Source: Sphyrna mokarran (lineage: Eukaryota). From it: DNA of 64,000 nucleotides. Where the stretch lies: NCBI GenBank assembly GCA_024679065.1, contig JAGIQG010000007.1:29326001-29390000 (forward strand). Direction: 5' to 3'. Under the pieces are notes generated by a model. It was not told the DNA's origin, searched no databases, and worked only from the letters and a program-made list of their open reading frames with translations. Below, piece by piece: positions 1 to 11,241 of this stretch. A program made the translations under genes and the position numbers. Position 1 is the stretch's first letter; every line of letters begins with the position of its first letter.

Positions 1-213
1 CAAATTGTCCCTAAATTAGACCTCCCTTAATCTGGTGCACATATAATTCTCTAAATTTGCACACTATATTATAATAAATAATATAAATTTATAATAAACA
101 AAAGTCATAAGTAGAAGGAAGATTGGAATGAGGCACTCACTGAGTGTTAAAATGGCGGCGTGGGCTTATTGGGCCAAAGGGCCTGTTTCCTGTGCTGTGT
201 TGTTCTTTGTTAT
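1..213 (+). mobile_element. 3' tail of a CR1 of the long-3'UTR (V-domain) type, or a related SINE tail
   Basis: caaattgtccctaaatt...tggcggcgtgggcttattgggccaaagggcctgtttcctgtgctgtgttgttctttgtt resembles 42601-42745 and 51566-51702. Confidence 0.6.
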
Positions 214-215
214 TT

Positions 216-1225
216 ATGCCAAATGCCTTTTCACCATTCTGTCCATCTGCAATTCCACTTTGAAGGAACTATGAACTTGTAACCTTAGATCTCTTTGTTC
301 TATAACTCTCCCCAGTGCCCTACCATTGAATCAGTGCAGAATTTATTGAGTTAATCTACCAAAATGCATCACCTCGCATTTGTCTATTATACTTCATCTG
401 CCATTCGTCAGCCCACTGGCCCAATTGATCAAGATCCTGTTGCAATTGGAGATAACTTTCTTCATGTCTACTATGCCACCAATCTTAGTGTCATCTGCAA
501 ACTTACTAACCATACCTCCTATATTCTTATCCAAATCATTAATATAAAATGATAAATAATAGTGGACCCAGCACTGATCCCTGAGGCACACTGCTGGTCA
601 CAAGCCTCCCGTTTGAAAAACAACTCTCTTCAACCACTCACTGGCTTCTGTGAAGAAGCCAATTTTGTATCCATTTAGATACCTCACCCTGGATCCCTTG
701 AGATTTAACCTAATGCAACAACCTACCATGCGGTACCTTGTCAAATGCACTGCTCTCATCTACCTTCTTGGTTACCCCTTCAAAAAACTCAAACAAATTT
801 GTGAGACATGATTTTCCACTCAAAGCCATGCTGATTGTCCCTAATCAGTCCTTGCATCTCAATGTCTATAAATTCTATCTCAAAATTTCCAACAATTACC
901 CACCACAGATGTGAGGTTCACTGACCTATATTTCCCACGCTTTTCCCTGCAGCCCTTTTTAAACAAAAGCACAACATTTGCCACTCTACAGTCTTTAGGC
1001 ACTTCACCCGTGACTATTGATGATTCAAATATCTTGGCTAGGGGAGCCACCGCAATTTCCTCCCTAGCCTTCCACAACGTCCTGGCATGCACTTCTTCAG
1101 GTCCCGAGAATTTATCTACCTTGATGCAGTCTAAGATTTTCAGCATCTCTTTCACTGTAATACGTACACTTCTCAAAACATCACTATTTATTTCCCCAAG
1201 TTCCTAACATCCAGGTTTTCTTCAA
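216..1225 (-). mobile_element. CR1 LINE ORF2 (RT) fragment, decayed
   Basis: ORF peptides YINDLD...SKFADDTKIGG and RVANVVLLFKKG are CR1 RT motifs. Confidence 0.9.
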
Positions 1226-2004
1226 CATGTTATAGCTCCTGGTAATGAGATCAAAAGACAATATGACTGAGAAGTTTAAAACAATGAAGGGGATTAATCT
1301 AGAATGACTCTTCCCTCTTTCAAGAAATGAAGAATAATGTTTTATTATCTTCAGTTTGCATTTAACCAGTTAAACATCACTTAGGAAGAATGTCTACCTC
1401 CCCCAAATCCCATAGTTGCACAATCAACAGACACTCACAAAAAGGGAGATAGATGTTTACATTGGAAGGAACAGTATTAAGGAATCTATGGAGAGATGGA
1501 ATTTATGATACAAAAGATTGAATTGCATTGCTAATAAAATGGTGAAGCAGATTCAGGAAGTATTTTCCTGTTTCCTTACACTTCTAAAGTAGAATTAGAA
1601 GGTTAAGAGCTATAAAACCCTGTATTACAGTTCACTTAAATGATTGCAATGCATGCATTTTAGCAAGTTGTATGACAAAATACAGGTAATGTCTCAGATT
1701 CAGCTACCTGAAAACTGATGATGTCCAAAAACTGGACATTTTTACATTGCCATGCAGGAATTTTAATTATTATTAGACAAGTTAAATAACTTACTGGCTT
1801 GTTTAACCAGGTCCTGCATTGTCACAGTAACTAGCCAACTACTCATGGACTTCATGATTTATCAATGTAAAGATCAACCCTTGATCCCACCAGACCCAGT
1901 TCAGCCTGAACCACCCCATCCAAAAACTGGCAAGGCCCAAAATCCAACGTGGACTTGTTCCTAACACTGTATGAGTAGCTAGGAATTCACAATCTGTATT
2001 TGAA

Positions 2005-2310
2005 AAGAAACAATCAGCTTTCATTTATATAGCATTTTGCATATTCTCAGAATGAACAAAAGCACTTCACAGGTAATGAGCACACCACTGGAGCTCCCTA
2101 TTCTCCTTCAAATAGTGCCAATGGATACATTCACTTGAACAGGCATATATGGCCTTGGTTTGAAATCTTATCACAGATAGTACGTTGGAAAATGCAACAT
2201 TGTTTCAGTCCTGCAATGATTTGCCTAGATTAAGAGTTCAAGTCCTGAAGCACAGTTTAAGCATACAATTTTCTGACTCAAATGAGAGTCCTACCATGGA
2301 GGTCAGTGAT
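2005..2310 (-). mobile_element. Old tRNA-derived SINE (SacSINE1/DeuSINE-like), decayed
   Basis: Antisense L2-like tail (tttcatttatatagc) and antisense head remnants (ttctgactca...gagagt). Similar relics at ~14850-15040 and ~62600-62800. Confidence 0.45.
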
Positions 2311-2875
2311 ACTCTTCATTCATTATAGGTTCAGGTCCTGTATCAGATCCGACAAAAAAAATTACCTTGTGTATTCTCTTTTGAATATGAATCTGGTGGA
2401 ACTATTGTGTATTTGGGATTTTCTGTTCAAAATCCCAGTTATTCTAATTTTTTTCTCTCTATAATTTAGCTCCCCATCTCCTAGCAGAATCTGTCTCATC
2501 TTGTATTTGTTTATCCAGGATAACATATTTTGAAATAAAAGATTCACAATGGCAAATCCCAGGCTCAGTCCACCATCTCTGTAGCGCAATGTTGAAGTAT
2601 TGATGATAGTGAATTATGATTGCAGTCCTTGGTAAAGACTTTGGGAATAATTGTACCATACAAGGTACTATAGAATGGCCAAACTCATCATTCACGAGAA
2701 AATAATCCTTTGGATGCTGTATACTGACCTGAAAATAATAACTTTAATGTCATCTGCTTCTTAATTCTCAAAAGACACAACTTCAATCATCCTGTCTTGT
2801 GATTCAAAAAGGATTATGAAACGATTTAATTTTGTGTACCCAATTCTGCTGAGAACTGATTTTTTTTGAGTAAGA

Positions 2876-2995
2876 ACTCAGTAAGAATTTAGCAACACCA
2901 ATTATTAATCCAACCGATTTATTTGATAGTAAAAAAGCAAGCTTTCAACACTCTTGTGTCTTCCTCAGGGAAGTGCAGTGTTCTTGCCTGCAGTG
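2876..2995 (-). mobile_element. Penelope-like element (PLE) terminal fragment with hammerhead core
   Basis: 13-bp TSD tttttgagtaaga (2863-2875, 2996-3008). Minus strand reads CTGAGGA-A-GACAC-AAGA-GTGTT-GAAAGCTT. Shares ccaaccgatttatttgatagtaaa with the 53148 element. Confidence 0.65.
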
Positions 2996-4619
2996 TTTTT
3001 GAGTAAGACAGAGGTTGTTTTGCTATACTGCCTGATATTGCTACATTGCAGCATTTCTACAATAAGAATATCCAGAAATTGAAAAACATGATCTAGATAT
3101 TTACAAACCACTCATTCAAGCTTTCAGACACTTACAGACAAACAATTCAATCATTTTACCAACACCATATTTGGATGATAATACACCATATGGACCAGAA
3201 AGACTCCAGGTTTTACTTCTAATTTATGCTCAGTTGATTTATCTCAGCCAGAATTGACATTACAATTATCCTTAACAGTACCTAGCTGGCGATAAATGTT
3301 ACATCAGTTCTCACTCATTAATATCAAATGATTCCTGCTTAAAGATGTAAGCCCATAAAATAGACTTTAGATAGAGGCTAGATTAAAAATGACTAATGTC
3401 CCCATTCTCGGTAAAATGGATGCTGTGGACATTCTGTGGAATTGACAAATGAGTTGGGGTCTACACTTAAATATGAAGAATGGCTCCTTGAGGGATATCC
3501 AACCAGCTGCACACAACAATGAGTCAAAGTATTCAAGAAAGCATGAAGAAAATGAAGAAACAATGGAAAATATCTTGATTACAGAAGAATGCTTTTTGAA
3601 TAATAAGTGTCAAACCGTTCAAAGATTCAACACATAACTATGGGGTCAAGACCACCATAAAAGACCTACCATAATGCACAATTCCAGGATCACATTTTTA
3701 TTCCCATTCGGCCAGAGATGTTAGAAAGAGATCCTGTAAATGGAGGGAAAAAATTATGAACATAAACATAAGTATAATCTAAAGCCAGAATAAAAAGAGA
3801 TTCTAAGAAAACAAAAAGCCTTATGAAAACATTACCATGCAATGCTAGAAAAAAAACATTGTTTAGAGTGAATTTATTCTGATTCAAAAATCAAACATTA
3901 AGCATTTGAGGCTAACTATAACAAAATTATAGACAAAGGTTATGTGGTTTTTACACTTTGTTTAACAGGATAGAATTTAAGATCAGCTACTGCTTAGTTT
4001 GCAGTTATATAGTTTAGTCTCTACACAATTACAAGATCGATTTATAATTGTTAGGAGTTTAGTAGTACTTGAACCTTTTCTATAGTAATTTTTTTACTCT
4101 AACAGCTTTACAACCTTGCTTTCTTTTAGCGTTTACTGGTTTTAAATGTTAAAGGTAAATTAAGTGATATTAAAATCTACTTGATTCATTTACCTTTGCA
4201 ACTGAAGACCTTTTAAGGGTTACACATCCACTGCCTCTGACGAATGCCACATTAGTCAAGTCTGTTTGCCTCTAAAAAGCTTTAATTGCTTCCAGCGGAG
4301 GATTCATTTAGGTAATTCTCATAAAAATTCCAAAGTGCACTAGTGAAAAAATGCTTAGACAAGATGAAATGCTGATCACATTCTTCAAATATTCACTGCT
4401 CAGTAGTGTATTTTCAAAGGCCAACAATATGGACTTTTTTGTTTTTTTTTAAAACATCATTCAGGTATATTTCTGTATAGACCTCAAGACAAACTGATTG
4501 TTTTTTAAAAGAAAATTTTAAAAAGACAAAAATATGTTTTCCCTGTTTAAAATATTTTTGTGGATTTATTTGGCGTTAAGAAAATATATCGAAGTTACTG
4601 ATATGTCACACACAGCAAG

Positions 4620-5211
4620 TTTGTTGTTTTTCTCAAAACTTTATTTGTATCAAGCAAGAATAGTCAATGTCTTTGATCTCAACACTACAGAATATCTGGA
4701 GACTTCAGTTACAAAAGAATACAACTTTACTTGGCATTTGGAGTTTACTATTGTTTAAGTAAAAGTTTACAAGGGATAATGCTCTAACACAAACTAAACT
4801 TAAAAGTTCAAACCAAAACTTTTTAACAAAAACTAAAAGCAAAACAAAAAAAACATTGATGTGAACTGAATTTGTGTTTACATTTTAAGTGATCTACATT
4901 ATCAAACCTAGTTTGGTAATAGATTTTTAAATGGCTAGTTAAAACTTAAAAAACGTGTTAATCCTGTTTACTTGTTTCCAACAAAGCACACAAGATCAAA
5001 GTCTTTCTTCCCACCCATCTACTTCCAGAGATCAAATAATCTCTTCATCCAAGGATTAAGGACTTCATACAAGAATTCAGAACTGGTTAAACAGATCTGT
5101 TGTAGTTAAGAAAAAAAAACTTTTATATAAAATAACCAATTACTTTTAACAGCGTACATCACTGCAGAAACAGTTAATTGATGATTGTATTTCACAGAAT
5201 AGATGATAGGA
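4620..5211 (-). other. KHDRBS3: KHDRBS3 3'UTR (AU-rich, many UAAA/UUAA motifs)
   Basis: Repeat-free sequence between the stop codon and AATAAA; the end is inferred about 20 nt after the poly(A) signal. Confidence 0.7.
4640..4645 (-). terminator. Polyadenylation signal AATAAA with GU-rich downstream element
   Basis: tttatt on + at 4640-4645, followed on the minus strand by CTTGCTGTGTGTGAC (~4605-4619). A second AATAAA lies at 4565-4570. Confidence 0.7.
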
Positions 5212-5312
5212 TCAGTATCGTGGTGCATAGGGGTGCTCCCTGTATGCTCCTTTTGGTGCTCTTGCTGGAGGAGCTTTCATCCGTGAGTTGGAGTTCGTCC
5301 ACTCTTCTTGAC
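5212..5312 (-). CDS. KHDRBS3: KHDRBS3-like (SLM2/T-STAR) terminal coding exon: (G)QEEWTNSNSRMKAPPARAPKGAYREHPYAPRY*
   Basis: Manual reverse-complement translation. Acceptor ...ccacaatag|GTCAAG with AG at 5313-5314 and an upstream CTAAT branch-like motif; stop TGA at 5212-5214. Matches the Sam68/SLM C-terminus (GQEEW...KAP..R..KG.YREHPY..RY); WTNS favours KHDRBS3 over KHDRBS1/2. Confidence 0.88.
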
Positions 5313-7289
5313 CTATTGTGGTTATTACAGAGAAACAATCTGCATTAGCACAAACAGCCCACAATAACATTCATTGGAAATTTTGATGGTAAGCTACAGA
5401 TTTAAAATTATTTGACAGATTAACATTGTACAACAAAGGTACAGCTTTAAATGATTGTCTTTGAAAAACTACATTTTAACCAAAACACAGAATTCTCCAG
5501 GTAACTGCTTTAATGTTCTAGAACAATATTTGTAATTTCTGCATCTTGGATCAGCTCTTTAACAACTAAAGCTAAACCAGTGAATAATGTCAATCATAAT
5601 TATGCTAAGTAGGTAGCCAAGTGCTAAGTTGAAGCCAAGTGCATTTTTCTTAAAATGTATATTCACAAAATTTAAGCATAATAAACCTTTCAGATCTCTA
5701 GTAGATCTGATCAAGATGTGCTGGAATGTGAGAATTTTGCATTTGATGTTATACAGTTTTGTAATAACCAGAATTTAGATGGAACTAGACTCCAGGGAAG
5801 AGGTTTGAAGATAACTTGGCTGAGTAGTCAGAGTATCTGATCTATAAATTTGTGATTTTGCTGCAAGTCCTAATCAAATTGTACGTCGTTAAAGCGTGCC
5901 TTGAAAAGTAGAAATACCTACTCAAACAAAGTTGTTTTAGCACCGTTTGTTTTATTCTTGATAATGACACTGAATTCCCTCTTCAAAAGTCTTCTAATTG
6001 GGATGTGGAGATTTCACATGTGAAATGGAACCCAAATGAGTCTGACATAAGAGTGTGCAACTCTCATTTGTCATTGCATAGGAAAGCTTTCAAAATCTGA
6101 TTAATTCAAATATTCTTGTTTAATATTTGTAATTTAAATAACTTTTTGCATATTACCATATAAATATATCTACTGTGAGCACAGAAATAGAAGAAAGCCA
6201 TTCAGTTCTCAACTCTGTTAATCGGATTGATCACTAGTTGCTCTACATTTTAACTTTATTTACCTACCTGGTTCCATATTCTTCACTACCCTTGCCCAAC
6301 AAAACTGTCAACATTAGTTCTGAAGTTTTCAATTGACCTAAGCTCAAAAGGTTATTAGATTACCTTTGTATGAACAAATGCTTCCTCTGACTTTACCTCA
6401 ATAGTGAGATATTTAGAAGAACTCGTATGAAAATTTCAATTTCTAGCGCATTATTTTCCCATAACTGCTGGCCTGTGCTGCATTCACACACAAGGCACAG
6501 AACGTGTTTATTTGAGAGTTTTGTTTTCTTAAATAATTACTATTTTACCATGAGCACAAGAGTTTGGTGAAATCATATGAACCATAATAGCAGATGCTCT
6601 GAATGCAGAATTCACCAACTGCTATTCTCCCAGCTTCATTTTTCCCATAACTCCGCACAGTTTTCCTTTCCAGGTAATAATCCAATTCCCTCTTGAATGC
6701 CTCGGATAAACCTGCCTTCTCCTCAGACCCAATCTTAACCTCCAACTGGGTGAACAGCTAGTAGGGTAGGAATGGACAATAAATCCTAGCCCAGCCAGTG
6801 ACTCTTACAGCCCATAAATGACTAAAAAGTCTGGAAATTTCTTGACACCTGTTACCTTTAAAAAGGCTCCTTTCGTTCTAGGCAGGCCACGGCAAGATGC
6901 AGGCAGAACCTGGCTGGGATGCGAGATGGAGGTGGGTCTACCACCGCTAGATGGAGGGGAATTGCTGTACTTAAATTAATACCATCAAAGCACACTGAAA
7001 TTTAAAGGTGTTCCTCTCCAGGACTCAATTTTGAATGAGACAGAAAAACTTAATGATCATGATTCATCAGGCAATATAGTAGTTTCTATTTTGGTGCAAT
7101 CCAGGCACAAATTGAACAGGTTTTCTGAAATGGTTCAAGACTATGCTGGAACCTATTTGCATTATCACAAATATAAAATCTTCTGCGAAGCAGTGTAATT
7201 GGGCAATATTTTTAACATAAGAAAATTATTATATGCTAATTTGGCACAGTTCTATTAATATGTTTGCAATTGGATTTATCACAAATTAA

Positions 7290-7747
7290 TAAAGAATTAC
7301 AAGGATGTTGCCTGGATTGGGTGGCATGCCTTATCAGGCTAGGTTGAGGGAGCTAGGTCTTTTCTCCCTGGAGAGACAAAGGATGAGAGGTGACCTGATA
7401 GAGGTTTATAAGATGTTGAGAGGTATAGATCGGATGGATTCTCACAGGCTATTTCCCAGGGCTGAAATGGTCACTACAAGAGGACACAGGTTTAAGGTGC
7501 TGGGGAGTAGGTACAGAAAAGATGTCCGGGGTAAGTTTTTTAATCAAAGGGTGGTGGGTGAGTGGAATCAGCTGCCATTGGTGATGGTGGTGGAGGCGAA
7601 CTTGTTGGAGTCTTAAAAGAGATTTCTGGATAAGTATATGGGATTTAATGGGATTGAGGGTTACAGATAGGCCTAGTAGGTAGGGACATAATCAGTGCAA
7701 CTTGTGGGCAGAAGGGCCTGTTTGTGCTATAGTTTTCTATGTTCTAT
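7290..7747 (+). mobile_element. 5'-truncated CR1 LINE (3' end of ORF2 and tail)
   Basis: ORF 7305-7616 (LGLFSLERQRMRGDLIEVYK...TRGHRFK) and ttctatgttcta tail. Same subfamily as 31895-32492. Confidence 0.92.
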
Positions 7748-7964
7748 TTCAAGAATGCATAGTCCACTAGCTTTGAGTTTCACCATCTGTGATATTAAAT
7801 ATCTGAAAATGACTTAAAACTCCACTGAATCATTTCAATGATGTACACCAGTCAGTTTCTTAATAACTTAAAAAATGCCTTTTAGAGCTCATGTGCCTTG
7901 AACAGAGCTTAAAATTAAGAGAGTCTCCTTGAGTGCATTTTCTTCAAACTAGAACAAAGGATTG

Positions 7965-8252
7965 CAGAAAAAAAGCAAGTATCATTAATAGTGACCACAT
8001 AATCACTAGCAACTGTTGAGAAAATCCATTTGGCTGACTGACACCGTTTGTTGAAGGAAATTTGCTATTCTTACCCAGTCTGGCTTTCATGAAATTCCAG
8101 TTCCAAAGCAATATGCTTGATTCTTAAATGCCTGCTGAAATGGTCTAGCATGTCACTCAGTCATCAAGAGGTGGTTCACCACCACTTTCACCAGGACATG
8201 TAGAAACAGACAATAAATGACGGTCACCCACAGCCTGTGAATGAATAAAAAC
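7965..8252 (+). mobile_element. Partial shark tRNA-SINE, same family as 32608-32944
   Basis: gaaggaaatttgct...ctgaaatggtctagc...caataaatg...gaatgaataaaaa aligns by eye to the 32608 copy. Confidence 0.55.
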
Positions 8253-10959
8253 TTGATTTGCATTGACATTTAACATTTTGATCTTTTGTGCTGGTTTGGC
8301 TGACTTCAGGTGAGTTCGCTTGAAATTCTAACCCTTCATGTTCCCCCCATCCCTTCACAATACTGTAACATTCAGCTTTGAGTTCTATTTAAAACTTGTT
8401 AATAATAGAGAATAATTTAGAATTGAAGAAGATAGAATTTTGAAAATGGGAAGTATTTTTCTCGTTCCTGGAAACGAAGAGACAATGCTTTGTTGTATTA
8501 TTTGCCTATATTTTCATTCATAACCAGCTTAAGATCAAATTAGAGGTGAATATCATTAAATGTTTGTTACACAGTATTAATCAACTACCCAACTTCATAC
8601 TTTCTTTCAGTGGGTTCATGTTTACTTCTGCAAGTTTAAAAACAAAGTTATTAATGCATGCAGAATCTATCAAGCCAATCTAATGCTACTGGCACTGTAC
8701 TACAGGCTAGTATTTTGTAAGCTGAAATTTCTCTCAATGAAAAATGGAGGAATGTGTTTTTCTTGTTAATTAATGATACATGGGAATGTGCTGTTTTGAA
8801 ATATAACATTTTCAAATACAATTTAGTGCAGGTTTGTCCAATACAGTCCAAAGGCCAGTTTGTTTTCCAGGAGGCTGTTCTATGTACTCACTGGAGCCAC
8901 TATTCAAAATGCCAGTAAGACAGATAAATGGAGCATCCAGATATCTTAGAAGTGCTGCCCCCAACCTGCAAACGGAAGCTCCTGAAGGTAATAACCCCCT
9001 TTCCTTCCTGCCCATTGAAAACTATTCTTTAAAAAAGTGGTTTCCCCATTTCTGTGCTTTATTGCACGGGTGATATATTAGGTGAGTCAACTGGCTTGTT
9101 AACAAGCCCAGTTGATCTTTGATTATTTACTGAAATATGACAAGTGTGCTGCTGATTTTGGCAGCTCCTTATTATGGGGGGAGTGAATGCAGAGGTGGTT
9201 GGGAAGATGGAGAAGCGGCCACTTGCCTATTTTATATGATCCCTTGCCAAAAACATGCTCAATGGCTGTATGAAAAATGCTGCCCTTTGTCTCTTCAGTC
9301 TGTCTTTCAACCAGTATCATCAACTTGCATTTAATACCACGTTCTTTCATTTCAGGTGTGGTTTTTTTAATGGTTTTGAAAGTTTACCTTTACCATGCTT
9401 TCTGTCTTGTCTTTATATGCTAACCATTTCCTAAAATAAGCTGAACCTTTACATTTACTGCAGTGCTCACTGTGTCTGCTGATTCTTTGCTAGAGGGAAT
9501 CTAAAACAAACTTTTCTGTATTGACTTCTGCTTTGAATGCTATTTGATTAAACCTATTATGTGTTACCTGCTGTTTGCAACTATTTGCCAACTGTTAACA
9601 TAATAGACCTAACAATTTAAATTTTCATTTAATGAGACTGGAGGACCAACAGAAGATAGTACAGAAGGCTGCAAGAATTCGTCAAATTAGTTGAAGCACA
9701 AGAATTTTAAATGCCTTACAACCACAAACTCTGTTGAAGGATAGCATGAGTAGCTTCTGAAAACTAATCAGGAGGTATTTTATCCCAGTTTGTTGTACAT
9801 AAATTACAGATGTTTATTTATCCAAGATTTAACTTTTATTAAAGCAACATTCTAGGGAATGCCCAATTATCGACATAAGTGGAGGTTTAGATTTATTTTC
9901 TTTCAAGAATGACTTTGTGGCTTTTCAAGATCAAGATGTTATTTCCTTTCTATCCAAGTGATTTTACTTATGCATTCTAATCATTACACTTGCATAATTG
10001 CCAGAGATTGGAAATAAAGTAGTTAGTAATATGAAATGGTGACAAGTTTACTGAATCAAGCAACATTGCAGAGATTTACAGTAATATGAACCACTACACA
10101 AACCAAAAATTAAAGCCTGTTACTGAAGGAAGAGTTGTCCTTAGACTTTTTCCCTAAAATATAAATCTTATTCTTATAGCACTCCAACCCTAGAATAATT
10201 TCTAAATCTATCATTCCTGCTAATTCTGCTTTGTAATACTGTAATAAAGTCATAAATATGTAATTTACTGTTATAAATTTAGATGCCAATGTACTTTCAG
10301 GTTAACAGTCTTTGTAATCACTATATTCAGAAAGGTTTTTTTGATGAATGGATGGTTAGCATTCACTATTTTCTAGATGGCACAAAGGCATAATCAAGTT
10401 GATATATCATCTGATAAATATTTTGTTCTCATCTATACAACTGAATTTCCAGGAATCATTGGATAGTTTTTAAGGAGTGAATTGGTCAATTTTCATCCGT
10501 CTTGCTGGGATCTGATGTAAATGTAACATCTCCAGCCAACCTGGCTGGTATCAGCAAAGAAATCAAACTCAGGAGCTACTATTCTGAACAGCTTACATAA
10601 TAAAGGATCAGAAAAGACCATGTGGCTCATTATTACTTCCCTAGTTCAACTTAATTAATGTATTTGGCTCTATTAGTTCAATTGGCAGATTATCACATTA
10701 AAATGTGCCTTCTAGCAAATTTGAAACAAATGACTAAGAACTTAATTTATTTAGTCTATTCAAACCTCTCCGAGCTGCCTCTCTAGACTGTAGAGCCCAA
10801 ATATCATCAATCTCTTTCAATCCCACTGTTACAAAAGCTGCCTACTGCAGATGCTGGAAATCTGAATAAAATAGAAAATAAAGGAGATACTCAGCATGTC
10901 AAGAGGCACCTGTACAGAAAGATAAAGTAGTCACAGTTCCAGATGATCATAGGATGATC

Positions 10960-11241
10960 CTCTGTTTCAGGGCTGACTGGCGTTGATTCAATGTGAAGAT
11001 CATCACAGAAGTCTGAAGACACACCCAGACTCAAGAACTGCTTCTCTCTGTTGCCATCAAACTTTTGAATGGACCTACCTCACATTAAGTTGATCTTTCT
11101 CTACACCCTAGCTATGACTGTAATATCACATTCTGCACACTCTAGTTTTTTCTCTATGAATGGTATGCTTTGTCTGTATAGCACAAGAAATAATACTTTT
11201 CACTATATATCAATACATTTGATAATAAATCAAATCAAACC
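10960..11241 (+). mobile_element. Rex1/Babar-type LINE 3' end, inserted in a decayed PLE-like terminus (10832-11310)
   Basis: cagactcaagaactgcttc...aataaatcaaatcaaa tail, matching the antisense copy at 16021. Flanks ctgcagatgctggaaatctgaa / ttaacatttcagtcaatgacctttcat resemble PLE ends. Confidence 0.55.
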
